The notes under the pieces are model-generated. The model made no database searches, had not been told where the DNA came from, and worked only from the letters and a program-made list of their open reading frames with translations. Of a stretch of 42,024 nucleotides of DNA, positions 8,767 to 17,469 are shown piece after piece. The number at the start of each line of letters is the position of its first letter. Position 1 is the stretch's first letter. The stretch is from Candidatus Fonsibacter ubiquis (GTDB lineage Bacteria > Pseudomonadota > Gammaproteobacteria > Pseudomonadales > Azotimanducaceae): positions 1 to 42,024 of the forward strand of contig CAXPUI010000356.1 of NCBI GenBank assembly GCA_964220205.1, given 5' to 3'. Position numbers and translations under genes: made by a program.

Positions 8767-10308
8767 ATGCAGCCAAAACATCCAGAACCCAGTCTCGACC
8801 GCTTCATCTTTTTTTCCGGTAGCAGTCTGCTCATCGCCGTCGTCGTGCCGATTATTCTCTTCCCTGAAGCGGCTGCAGCGGCCATCAATCAGATCTTCTC
8901 TTTCCTGACTGTGGAACTGGGGATTCTTTATGTCCTTGCGGCGATCGGGACATTGACGGTTCTACTGGTTCTTGCTTTCAGCTCTCTGGGGAAAATCAGG
9001 TTTGGTTCCAACCCGCCTCCCTATTCACGCTTCAGCTGGATCGCCATGTTGTTCTGCTGCGGTATTGGCGCGAGCGTCATCTACTGGGGAGCAGCCGAGT
9101 GGGTCTTTTATTATGAGTCACCACCCTTTGGTGTAGATCCCCGCAGCGACGAGGCGGTGATCTGGGCAAGCACCTACGGCATGTACCACTGGGGACCAGT
9201 CGGATGGGCACTTTATTGCCTGCCGGCTATTGCCATCGGCTGCAGCTACCATGTTCGCCAGAAACCTTCCCTCAAATTAAGCGATGCCTGCGAGCCCGTC
9301 ATGGGCAATTGGTCAGGTCGATGGCCCGGTCGGGTCATCGATATCCTCTTCATCATCGGATTAATCGGCACGGCATCTACCGGCCTGGCCCTCGGGACCT
9401 CTATCGTTGCTTCAGCCATTACACGAGCCACCGGGCTCGAAGATGGCTTCTCCATGCAGCTCATGATCGTCGCGTTGGCCACAACCACTATCGCCTACTC
9501 CGTTTACCGGGGCCTGGACGAAGGCATTAAAGTGCTGAGTCTCATTAACGCTGTCATGGCGTTGATTCTTATCGCGTTTGTCCTGCTCACGGGTCCGACC
9601 CGATTTATTCTTGAGATGGGTGTTGTTTCCGTAGGACACTTGATGCAGAACTTCATCAAGATGACGACCTGGGCAGATCCTCTGCAGCGAGCCACATTCG
9701 TAGAGAGCTGGACTGTTTTCTACTGGGCCTGGTGGCTCGCTCTGGGTCCTTTTGTCGGGATGTTCGTTTGCAAGATATCCGAAGGGCGGACGGTACGCGA
9801 GGTGATCTTCGGCATGCTTGGCTGGGGCTCTCTAGGATGCGCACTGTTTTTCATTGTCCTGGGTAACTATGCCTATTTCCTGGAAACTACCGGTGTGCTG
9901 CCTGTGATCGAGGAGACCATGCAGGTCAGCCCTTCGGCGGCGATAGCCTCAATGATGACCACACTGCCCATGGGCACATTCTGGCTCATTTTCCTGGCCG
10001 TTATCGGTCTGATCGGTACCGCGACAACCTACGACTCAGCTTCCTACACGCTGGCGGCCGGCGCCACCAGGAACCTGACCGAACAGGCCCACCCTGCTCG
10101 CTGGCATAGAGTCTTCTGGGCGCTGGCCCTTGGCGTGTTGCCTGCCTGCCTGCTCTATCTCGGAGGTATTCGTGTCCTGCAGACCGCATCCGTCGTTGCC
10201 TCAATACCCTTGCTGGGTGTCTATATCCTGATGGCTGTATCAATTTTCAAAACCCTGAACGCTCACGCCGACGGAAAAATCACATTTGAAGGAGATCCAA
10301 ACCCATGA
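8767..10308 (+). CDS. BCCT-family (betaine/carnitine/choline-type) transporter
   Basis: 513 aa, about 12 TM. The Trp-rich BCCT signature helix is present: WTVFYWAWWLALGPFVGMFVCKISEGRTVRE. Confidence 0.9.
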   Translation: MQPKHPEPSLDRFIFFSGSSLLIAVVVPIILFPEAAAAAINQIFSFLTVELGILYVLAAIGTLTVLLVLAFSSLGKIRFGSNPPPYSRFSWIAMLFCCGIGASVIYWGAAEWVFYYESPPFGVDPRSDEAVIWASTYGMYHWGPVGWALYCLPAIAIGCSYHVRQKPSLKLSDACEPVMGNWSGRWPGRVIDILFIIGLIGTASTGLALGTSIVASAITRATGLEDGFSMQLMIVALATTTIAYSVYRGLDEGIKVLSLINAVMALILIAFVLLTGPTRFILEMGVVSVGHLMQNFIKMTTWADPLQRATFVESWTVFYWAWWLALGPFVGMFVCKISEGRTVREVIFGMLGWGSLGCALFFIVLGNYAYFLETTGVLPVIEETMQVSPSAAIASMMTTLPMGTFWLIFLAVIGLIGTATTYDSASYTLAAGATRNLTEQAHPARWHRVFWALALGVLPACLLYLGGIRVLQTASVVASIPLLGVYILMAVSIFKTLNAHADGKITFEGDPNP

Positions 10309-11099
10309 AAAACCTGTTCTCAGTAGACGGCAAGGTCGTCATCGTCACCGGCGGGTCCCGTGGCATTGGCGAAATGATAGCCGCGGGCTTTGTCGCCAAT
10401 GGCGCCCGCGTCTATATCAGTTCGCGAAAGGCAGACGTCTGCGATGCCGCCGCTGCTCGACTGAGCGATGAATTCAACGGCGAATGTCACTCCATCCCCG
10501 CCGACCTCTCGAAGATGGAGGGTATCCAAGCATTCGTTGACGCGTTCACCTCTCGTGAGTCACAGCTCGATGTGCTCATCAATAATGCCGGCGTGGCCTG
10601 GGGAGCGCCTATCGAGGAGTTTCCCGAATCTGGCTGGGACAAAGTCATGGATACGAACGTCAAGGGGCCCTTTTTCCTGACGCAGAAGTTGCTGCCCCAA
10701 CTGGAGGCTGCAGCAAGCTTCGAAGAACCAGCCCGGGTGATCAACGTCGGTTCCGTGGACGGTATCAAAACGCCCGTCTTCGACAATTTCTCTTACGGTC
10801 CCTCTAAGGCAGCCATTCATCATATGACCCGCGTACTGGCAGCTCACCTCATCAAACGCAATATCATCGTCAATGCCATCGCTCCCGGCCCTTTTCCAAC
10901 CTGGATGCTCAGCACCGGTGTCGGCGGCGGTGGTGATGTCGACAAGACTGACTGGGATGCCGTCGGCCGGAGTAACCCGCGAGGCCGCGTCGGCACACCT
11001 GAAGATATCGCTGGTCTCGCTATATTCTTGAGTTCAAAAGCCAGCGGCTTTACTGTAGGCGAAGTTATAACCTGCGACGGAGGATCAGTTGTTTCATGA
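10305..11099 (+). CDS. SDR-family oxidoreductase (RhlG/3-oxoacyl reductase-like)
   Basis: VTGGSRGIGEMIA, NNAG and YGPSKAAIHH motifs. The ATGA overlaps the BCCT stop. Confidence 0.9.
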   Translation: MKNLFSVDGKVVIVTGGSRGIGEMIAAGFVANGARVYISSRKADVCDAAAARLSDEFNGECHSIPADLSKMEGIQAFVDAFTSRESQLDVLINNAGVAWGAPIEEFPESGWDKVMDTNVKGPFFLTQKLLPQLEAAASFEEPARVINVGSVDGIKTPVFDNFSYGPSKAAIHHMTRVLAAHLIKRNIIVNAIAPGPFPTWMLSTGVGGGGDVDKTDWDAVGRSNPRGRVGTPEDIAGLAIFLSSKASGFTVGEVITCDGGSVVS

Positions 11100-12166
11100 A
11101 TAATTCAAATCTACCGGGCCGGCTCGGCAACCCTGAGCTTACCGTCACCAAGGACCCTCGCATTGATCCGCGGGTCGCGGCTCTCCTGGAAATGGGCGAA
11201 GGTCTCCCGGAAATAGAACCTCCTGTCAACGCTACCTATGAAGAAAGTCTCGCCTTCTGTAACGAGTTTGAGGCCCAGGACACTGCCATGCACGCGGCAC
11301 AACTGGAAATGATGCCTGATTTCGGCCACATTGAGCAGCGCACGGAAACTATCGAAGGTCCTGATGGTAACGACCTGACCCTTTATATCCACCGGCCTCG
11401 AGGCAGTGAAGACAATCTACCGTGCCTGGTCCATACCCACGGAGGGGGCATGGTCCTGATGACAGCCGCTGATCCAGGCTGTATACGCTGGCGCAACAGC
11501 CTGGCGGAAGCAGGCATAGTCGTCGTCGGCATCGAATTCCGCAATGGCGGCGGTCGACTGGGTAACCATCCGTTCCCCGCGGGTCTTAACGATTGTGCCG
11601 CGGGTGTCAGATGGGTATATGCCAATCGAGAGGCACTTGGCATTACCGGTCTTGTCGTATCAGGCGAAAGCGGTGGTGGCAATCTAAGCATCGCCACTAC
11701 ACTCAAGGCGCTGAAAGAAGGCTGGGTCAATGAAATTGATGGCGTTTATGCACAGTGTCCCTACATCAGCGGAGCCTACGACGATCCACCGGCACACTTG
11801 CTTTCCCTGGTCGAAAATAATGGCTACATGCTCAGCTGTGAGATGATGGCGCCACTTGTGAAGGTCTATGATCCGGACGGCAGTAACCGCAGCAACTCCC
11901 TGGCCTGGCCTCTGCAAGCAACCGTCGACGAGCTAAAAGGTCTGCCTCCCCACGCCATATCAGTCAACGAACTGGATCCGCTGCGTGACGAAGGCCTGGA
12001 CTTTTACCGCAAGCTGCTTTCAGCCGGTGTTTCGGCGACAGCACGAACCATTAACGGCACCACCCACGCTGCCGACCAGGCCATGGCTGATGCCATACCC
12101 GAGGTCTATCGTGCATCCGTGGAAGCAGTGACTGGCTTTGTAAAGGCCGTCACATCAAGCCGCTAG
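11096..12166 (+). CDS. Alpha/beta hydrolase, hormone-sensitive-lipase (family IV) type esterase
   Basis: HTHGGGMV is the HGGG oxyanion hole, GESGGGN the nucleophile elbow, DPLRDEG the acid, and GTTHAAD the His. The ATGA overlaps the SDR stop. Confidence 0.85.
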   Translation: MNNSNLPGRLGNPELTVTKDPRIDPRVAALLEMGEGLPEIEPPVNATYEESLAFCNEFEAQDTAMHAAQLEMMPDFGHIEQRTETIEGPDGNDLTLYIHRPRGSEDNLPCLVHTHGGGMVLMTAADPGCIRWRNSLAEAGIVVVGIEFRNGGGRLGNHPFPAGLNDCAAGVRWVYANREALGITGLVVSGESGGGNLSIATTLKALKEGWVNEIDGVYAQCPYISGAYDDPPAHLLSLVENNGYMLSCEMMAPLVKVYDPDGSNRSNSLAWPLQATVDELKGLPPHAISVNELDPLRDEGLDFYRKLLSAGVSATARTINGTTHAADQAMADAIPEVYRASVEAVTGFVKAVTSSR

Positions 12167-12172
12167 AGTCCA

Positions 12173-13240
12173 GTGAAGACCCATCTCAGTAAGCCAGAGA
12201 AACATCACCTGTATGAGCAGGGTTACGTCATCATCCGTGATGCGGTCTCCCCTGAAGCAGTTGATGCTGCTCGCGAACTGATCGAGGGCTATCTGCCGAG
12301 GGACGAACACCAGCTCCTGGTCCCTGGCGAACTTGCCACCAACGACAAGATCACTGGTCTTTATAACGACCATGCAATGGCGCAGATCATCGCCAATGAG
12401 ATGGGACCCACCCCCCCTGTGATCAGCTGTCAGGTCGCTGTGATCCCTCCCTATAACAGGCTGGGTGGCGAGCCTGGCCTGCATGTCGACGGCGGCTGGT
12501 CCGGTGCCATCCCGGAAGAAGCCGAAGCCATCGACCTGGAAACTGGCAGACCGAGAGATGCAGAACGGTATTTCGGTCAAAACGACGAACTTCGTGGCAC
12601 CAATGACGGCCTGCTCTGGATGAACAAGGAAAGGACATTATCCTACGGCAGCTACACAGCGCTCGTCGGTATTGCACTCAACGATCAGCTGGAACCCGGC
12701 AACGGTCAATTCGCCGTTTTACCCGGCACTCACGAGATCGTCCAGCAGTGTTTCCGGGCGCAGCGAGACGCTGGCGGGGTAATCGGCCCGGAAGGACAGG
12801 ACTGGCCCAGGATCGGTGTCAGTGAACAAGGTAAACCCTATTGCAACGGTCTGCCCAACCGGATTCGACACATCGCTGAAAAACGCCGGGCAGCCGGCAG
12901 CAAATCAGATCAATGGCCATGGCCGGAACTGGAGCCTGTATTGCTCAGGGCGGGTGACGCTGTACTGACCCTGCACAGTTGCCCACATACACCCACGCCC
13001 AACCTGGGGCCGAACCCGCGCATGAACATCTACTTCAGGATCAGGCGACTTCGAGATGGAAACCCGAACGAGGGCTCAAGACGCGTTGCACACGGCGTCA
13101 GCGACCATCCGGATCGCGGGTATTTCGGCCAGTTTCTGGAATACCCGGACGGTTATGATCCGTGGGCAATATCCGTCGACAAGCTCTGCGACCACTGGAG
13201 CGAGTGGGATGGTATGCAGGAATTTTTACATAATCGATAA
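12173..13240 (+). CDS. PhyH-family Fe(II)/2OG dioxygenase
   Basis: The N-terminus KPEKHHLYEQGYVIIRDAVSPEAV has a PhyH-type start. GLHVDG supplies HxD and LTLHSCPHTPTPN the distal His. A GTG start 6 nt after the esterase stop is required to keep the conserved N-terminus. Confidence 0.75.
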   Translation: MKTHLSKPEKHHLYEQGYVIIRDAVSPEAVDAARELIEGYLPRDEHQLLVPGELATNDKITGLYNDHAMAQIIANEMGPTPPVISCQVAVIPPYNRLGGEPGLHVDGGWSGAIPEEAEAIDLETGRPRDAERYFGQNDELRGTNDGLLWMNKERTLSYGSYTALVGIALNDQLEPGNGQFAVLPGTHEIVQQCFRAQRDAGGVIGPEGQDWPRIGVSEQGKPYCNGLPNRIRHIAEKRRAAGSKSDQWPWPELEPVLLRAGDAVLTLHSCPHTPTPNLGPNPRMNIYFRIRRLRDGNPNEGSRRVAHGVSDHPDRGYFGQFLEYPDGYDPWAISVDKLCDHWSEWDGMQEFLHNR

Positions 13241-13261
13241 TCATCACTAGCGAGCCGCAAC

Positions 13262-14047
13262 ATGTCTGACCCAATTATTGTTCATCAGGAAAACGCCGTA
13301 ACCGTTCTGTCAATCAATGACGCACCCTACAACCGCATGTCACTTGATTTCATGGATCACCTGGAAGAACTTGTTCAGGAAATTTCTGACACACCCTCAA
13401 CGAGGGCAGTCGTTCTGACCGCTGAGGGGGAAGACAACTTTTCCGTCGGTATGAACCTTAAACAGTTTGCTGAGGGTGTAGAACGCAAAGGCAGCGCCGA
13501 TGCTCTATTGGATCAGCGCCTGGCGGTCATAAGAGCCATTGAGACCATGGGCAAACCCTGGATTGCCACCTTGTTCGGCTATTGTCTCGGAGGCGGCCTC
13601 GAAGTTCCTCTTGGCTGCCACTTCAGATTAGCCGCTGCAACCGGTGCGCAGATCGGTTTACCGGAGATGGATATTGGTGGAGTGCCCGCCTGGGGTGGTA
13701 GCGCCCGACTGACCAAGTGTGTCGGTGAACATCACGCGATCGATATGATTCTCCGGGCAAAGAAGATATCCGGCCCTGAAGCCTACCGGATTGGCCTGGT
13801 CCATGAAGTTCACCCAATTGACGAACTCAAAGCTGCGGCGATCAGGTTGGCTCACGAGTTGACAGCAATGCCAGCAGGCAGCATTCGAAGCATGCTGCAG
13901 GTTATCGTCGGGGGTAGAGAAAAACCTATCGACGAACTGATACAGGCCGAACGACAAGCGGTGATCGACAATCGCGGTACTGCGGATTCCCGAGAGGGCA
14001 TGCTGGCTTTCCTGGAAAAGAGAGATCCTGTTTTCAATCAGTCCTGA
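13262..14047 (+). CDS. Enoyl-CoA hydratase/isomerase (crotonase) family protein
   Basis: Crotonase fold motifs FGYCLGGGLEVPLGC and GLPEMDIGGVP are present. Both canonical Glu positions are retained. Confidence 0.85.
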   Translation: MSDPIIVHQENAVTVLSINDAPYNRMSLDFMDHLEELVQEISDTPSTRAVVLTAEGEDNFSVGMNLKQFAEGVERKGSADALLDQRLAVIRAIETMGKPWIATLFGYCLGGGLEVPLGCHFRLAAATGAQIGLPEMDIGGVPAWGGSARLTKCVGEHHAIDMILRAKKISGPEAYRIGLVHEVHPIDELKAAAIRLAHELTAMPAGSIRSMLQVIVGGREKPIDELIQAERQAVIDNRGTADSREGMLAFLEKRDPVFNQS

Positions 14048-15158
14048 GCAGGTCACGACGCAGGAAAACAAGCACATATACGGCAATGTAAAGACCAATG
14101 ACCAACAAGCCAATCCATTCGATTTTCAGTGGCGTCAGCTGGTAGAGCAGGACCAAGCCGGATAACACAACAAAATTGAAAACAACATATAGGGGCAAGC
14201 CCAGCCGGTCTCTCGTCATACCCATATTCTGGGTATACAGTCTCGTCAGAGAATCCAGCGAATTGATCACAAAAATCACACCGACCACGACCATCGCGAG
14301 GCGACCCGCTCCTGCAACCTCCAGGTTTCCGCTGTAGTAGGTGTACAGCACCGAAAACCAGATCCCAATGGGTATGGAAGGCACGACCAGCAGTGCAATG
14401 AACAGGTGCCAGGCTTTGATTCCCCCGGTGAAACGGGCAACGAACTGACCGATCATAATGCTCCACGCGAACCACCAGTAGAGATAAAACTCATGGTAAT
14501 CCGACATCGGCAGCACAAATCGGTGCAGGTGAACAAAATAATCAGACAGGCTGCCAACCGCCGACAGCAGGCCCTGCAGCCCCTGTGCTGACATCCACCA
14601 AAGGCCGGCAATCAGCAACAGGAACAACCAGGTTGAACCAACACTCAGGATACGAACAAAACGTATGTCACTACTCGATAAGGCAGCCGCCAGGATGACA
14701 ATAGCAACCAGACCATAGCGCTGCGTTTCGGATACCCCGGATATATAGTCCGGGAGGTAGCTGAAGAACAGGTAAGCGGTAAAGGCGCAAGTCGCTATAA
14801 CCACCAGGTTGTTTACCATTTTGATGACGCGGATCTCGAATAACTTCAACTTAGGCTCAACGATGCAGAAGTAGAAGGTGGTCAGAAAATAGAAGCCCCA
14901 GACGAGAAAACCCCAGAAACCAAATTCTATGGCCAGTGGATTAGTAAAGGCATAAACGTCGTCTTCAGCATAGACGGCATAATCAACAAGCGGGAACATG
15001 ATCAACCCGACATCGAGACCCGACGTAAACAGAATGGCCATGAAGGTAAAAAACGATACGCCCATAGGCCCCTGGCAGACAGTATTACGCCAAAGGCCGA
15101 CGACAATAAGGGAAGTCCCCAGCGCCAGAATCATGGCGATACTGAGAATCTCCGTCAC
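14034..15158 (-). CDS. Short BCCT-related membrane protein (374 aa)
   Basis: TSGLDVGLIMFPL resembles the BCCT Gly-rich TM segment, and LYWWFAWSIMIGQFVARFTGGIKAW resembles the BCCT Trp-rich signature helix. The protein is about 130-300 aa shorter than normal BCCTs. The GTG start overlaps the MFS stop (GTGA). Alternative ATG at 15134. Confidence 0.6.
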   Translation of the reverse strand: MTEILSIAMILALGTSLIVVGLWRNTVCQGPMGVSFFTFMAILFTSGLDVGLIMFPLVDYAVYAEDDVYAFTNPLAIEFGFWGFLVWGFYFLTTFYFCIVEPKLKLFEIRVIKMVNNLVVIATCAFTAYLFFSYLPDYISGVSETQRYGLVAIVILAAALSSSDIRFVRILSVGSTWLFLLLIAGLWWMSAQGLQGLLSAVGSLSDYFVHLHRFVLPMSDYHEFYLYWWFAWSIMIGQFVARFTGGIKAWHLFIALLVVPSIPIGIWFSVLYTYYSGNLEVAGAGRLAMVVVGVIFVINSLDSLTRLYTQNMGMTRDRLGLPLYVVFNFVVLSGLVLLYQLTPLKIEWIGLLVIGLYIAVYVLVFLRRDLLRTD

Positions 15159-16432
15159 TGGACAACCTCGCGAGCAGCCAAGAGCCTCTGCAGCCGGAAA
15201 GCTGCCACCGCACCAATCAAACCCGTCACCACGATGATCCCAAAATAGATCGAGTAACCGGTACGGCCAGGCCAGTATTCCAGGATCGGACCATTGATCA
15301 ACGGCAGATAGATGTCCGGCGAATAGCCAATAAAGCTCACTACTCCGATGGCCAGACCCTTGGTCTGAAGAGGTAGATCGGCTCTATCCAACGTGCCCCA
15401 GAAAATACCGCGTACCGCATAGGTCAGCAATCCAATCGTCAGAACGATAACCAGCAACCCCGTTACTGATGTGTCCACTGGCACCAGGATAATGCCCAAC
15501 AAGGAGACGGTACTGGCTAACAACAACCAGCCCAGGGTCTTCTCGAGATTGAAGTAGTCACCCACAAATCCCGCACCAATCGCGCCAATCGGACGCATCC
15601 ACAATTTCGCTACGGTAATGGTACCAACAGCAACTGCGGACATACCGAACTGCGTTTGCAGGTACCCTGAAAAAGAATAAGTCGCCCAGAACAGCTGATA
15701 ACCTGACCATATGCAGATTGCTCCCAGCCACAACTCTTTGCTGGCGACGATGATCTTCAGGCTCTCCCACGTCGTCAATGTTGCTGCGGTATCGGCTGGT
15801 TGATCACCTCCATCATGCTCGACCTTCAGATCCTCAACAACCAGCACCACAAGCGGAGCGATCAGCAATGCAAATCCGACATAGAAGTAAATGACTTTCT
15901 GTAACGCGACTTCGGTGGGTTGCTCGAGACTGGTCAGGGAATAGGAAAACCAGGCCACGGCTATACTCGCGAGAATCGCCTCCACCAGGCCACGCCCGCC
16001 ATCAAGAATGCCAAAGAATCTGCCCTGCTCCTGGGATCGTGCAATAACAGCAACACCCTTGATCATCGCCGCCCAGAAGGTCAGGCCTGTTGCGATCCCC
16101 CAGCCAAAGAAAATGATCCTTAATTCACTATAGCCTGGCATGGTGGAAAACCAGAGTCCCAGGGCAGCCGTCAATACCAGGGAGAAAGAAATCAGCCATC
16201 GCGGCGAAAATCGGTCCGACAGCCAACCACTGGGGATATAGGTCACAACAAACATGACGCCCAACAGGCTGTAGCACTGCCCGAGCTGCGTAAGAGTGAT
16301 CCCAAACGACTCCAGTATCGACACTTCAAAGTTCTGTCTGAGGTAGATCAAGGGATAGATGGCACCCCCAGCCAGGGTGATCAGCGCCAGCTGGATATAA
16401 CGTTTGGTGTCCGATACGACATTCGTGGCCAC
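15155..16432 (-). CDS. MFS transporter
   Basis: 425 aa, about 12 TM, with an MFS-like loop motif GWLSDRFSPRW after TM2. The GTG start has GGAG 9 nt upstream. Confidence 0.8.
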   Translation of the reverse strand: MATNVVSDTKRYIQLALITLAGGAIYPLIYLRQNFEVSILESFGITLTQLGQCYSLLGVMFVVTYIPSGWLSDRFSPRWLISFSLVLTAALGLWFSTMPGYSELRIIFFGWGIATGLTFWAAMIKGVAVIARSQEQGRFFGILDGGRGLVEAILASIAVAWFSYSLTSLEQPTEVALQKVIYFYVGFALLIAPLVVLVVEDLKVEHDGGDQPADTAATLTTWESLKIIVASKELWLGAICIWSGYQLFWATYSFSGYLQTQFGMSAVAVGTITVAKLWMRPIGAIGAGFVGDYFNLEKTLGWLLLASTVSLLGIILVPVDTSVTGLLVIVLTIGLLTYAVRGIFWGTLDRADLPLQTKGLAIGVVSFIGYSPDIYLPLINGPILEYWPGRTGYSIYFGIIVVTGLIGAVAAFRLQRLLAAREVVQ

Positions 16433-16532
16433 TACTTCGATCTCCAGGCGCCGCTAACTATCATACAAGCATCTTTCTTCACCGAAGTTACCATGACATG
16501 ATTAAGTCGGTTTTTATACAGGAATATCGCAG

Positions 16533-17447
16533 ATGCCACTGGAAATGAATCGCCACCCCTTCATCACCTGTGCTGTTACCGGCTCAGGCAGCACCCAGGA
16601 CAAATCTCCACATGTTCCACGGTCACCCAAAGAAATCGCCGCCAGCGCCATTGACGCTGCCAAGGCGGGCGCAGCGGTGGTGCATTGCCATGTCCGCGAA
16701 CCGGATACCGGAGCACCCTCAAGACGGCCTGAGCTGTACCGCGAACTGATCGACAGAATCAGGGACTCTGATACAGACGTTGTTGTTAACTTCACAACGG
16801 GCATGGGCGGCGACCTGATATTCGGTGATCCTGAAAACCCACTGCCATTACAGGAAGGAACAGATATGGCTGGCGCCAGCGAAAGGGTTCAACCCATTCT
16901 CGAGTGTCTGCCGGAAATCTGTACCCTCGACTGCGACACGATGAACTTTGCCGAAGCCGACTACGTGATGACCAACACGCCAGGTATGTTGCGCGCCATG
17001 TCCTCTATGATCCAGAACAGCGGCGTCCGACCCGAAATCGAGGTTTTCGAAACTGGTCATCTCTGGTACTGCAAACAACTTGTTGAAGAAGGCCTGATCG
17101 ATGACCCGGTGCTCATTCAGATGTGCATGGGCATCCCCTGGGGGGCACCGGATGACCTCAACACGTTCATGGCCATGGTCAACAATACACCGTCGAACTG
17201 GATCTTTTCTGCCTTTTCAATCAGTCGCAACCAGATGCCTTACACTGCTGCCGCAGTGCTTGCCGGTGGTAACGTCAGGGTAGGCCTGGAGGACAATATC
17301 TGGCTGGACCGGGGCGAACTGGCAACCAATGCTCAACTGGTCGAACGTGCTGCCTCCGCAATTACCAACCTCGGCTGCACCATCATGGGACCAGAGGAAA
17401 CTCGCGATAAACTCGGACTGGTAAAGCGCGCGCCGAGAGTCACCTAG
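16533..17447 (+). CDS. BKACE family beta-keto acid cleavage enzyme (3-keto-5-aminohexanoate cleavage enzyme/DUF849)
   Basis: The N-terminus PFITCAVTGSGSTQDKSPHVPRSPKEIAASAIDAAKAGAAVVHCHVREPDTG is the hallmark BKACE TIM-barrel start. 304 aa. Confidence 0.85.
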   Translation: MPLEMNRHPFITCAVTGSGSTQDKSPHVPRSPKEIAASAIDAAKAGAAVVHCHVREPDTGAPSRRPELYRELIDRIRDSDTDVVVNFTTGMGGDLIFGDPENPLPLQEGTDMAGASERVQPILECLPEICTLDCDTMNFAEADYVMTNTPGMLRAMSSMIQNSGVRPEIEVFETGHLWYCKQLVEEGLIDDPVLIQMCMGIPWGAPDDLNTFMAMVNNTPSNWIFSAFSISRNQMPYTAAAVLAGGNVRVGLEDNIWLDRGELATNAQLVERAASAITNLGCTIMGPEETRDKLGLVKRAPRVT

Positions 17448-17469
17448 GGATCGAGAATCACCTAGGGAT
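17440..17469. repeat. 12-nt direct repeat TCACCTAGGGAT x2 separated by 6 nt
   Basis: The copies lie at 17440-17451 and 17458-17469. Each contains CCTAGG. The first supplies the TAG stop of the + strand BKACE gene and the second the TAG stop of the - strand NPP gene. Confidence 0.6.
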
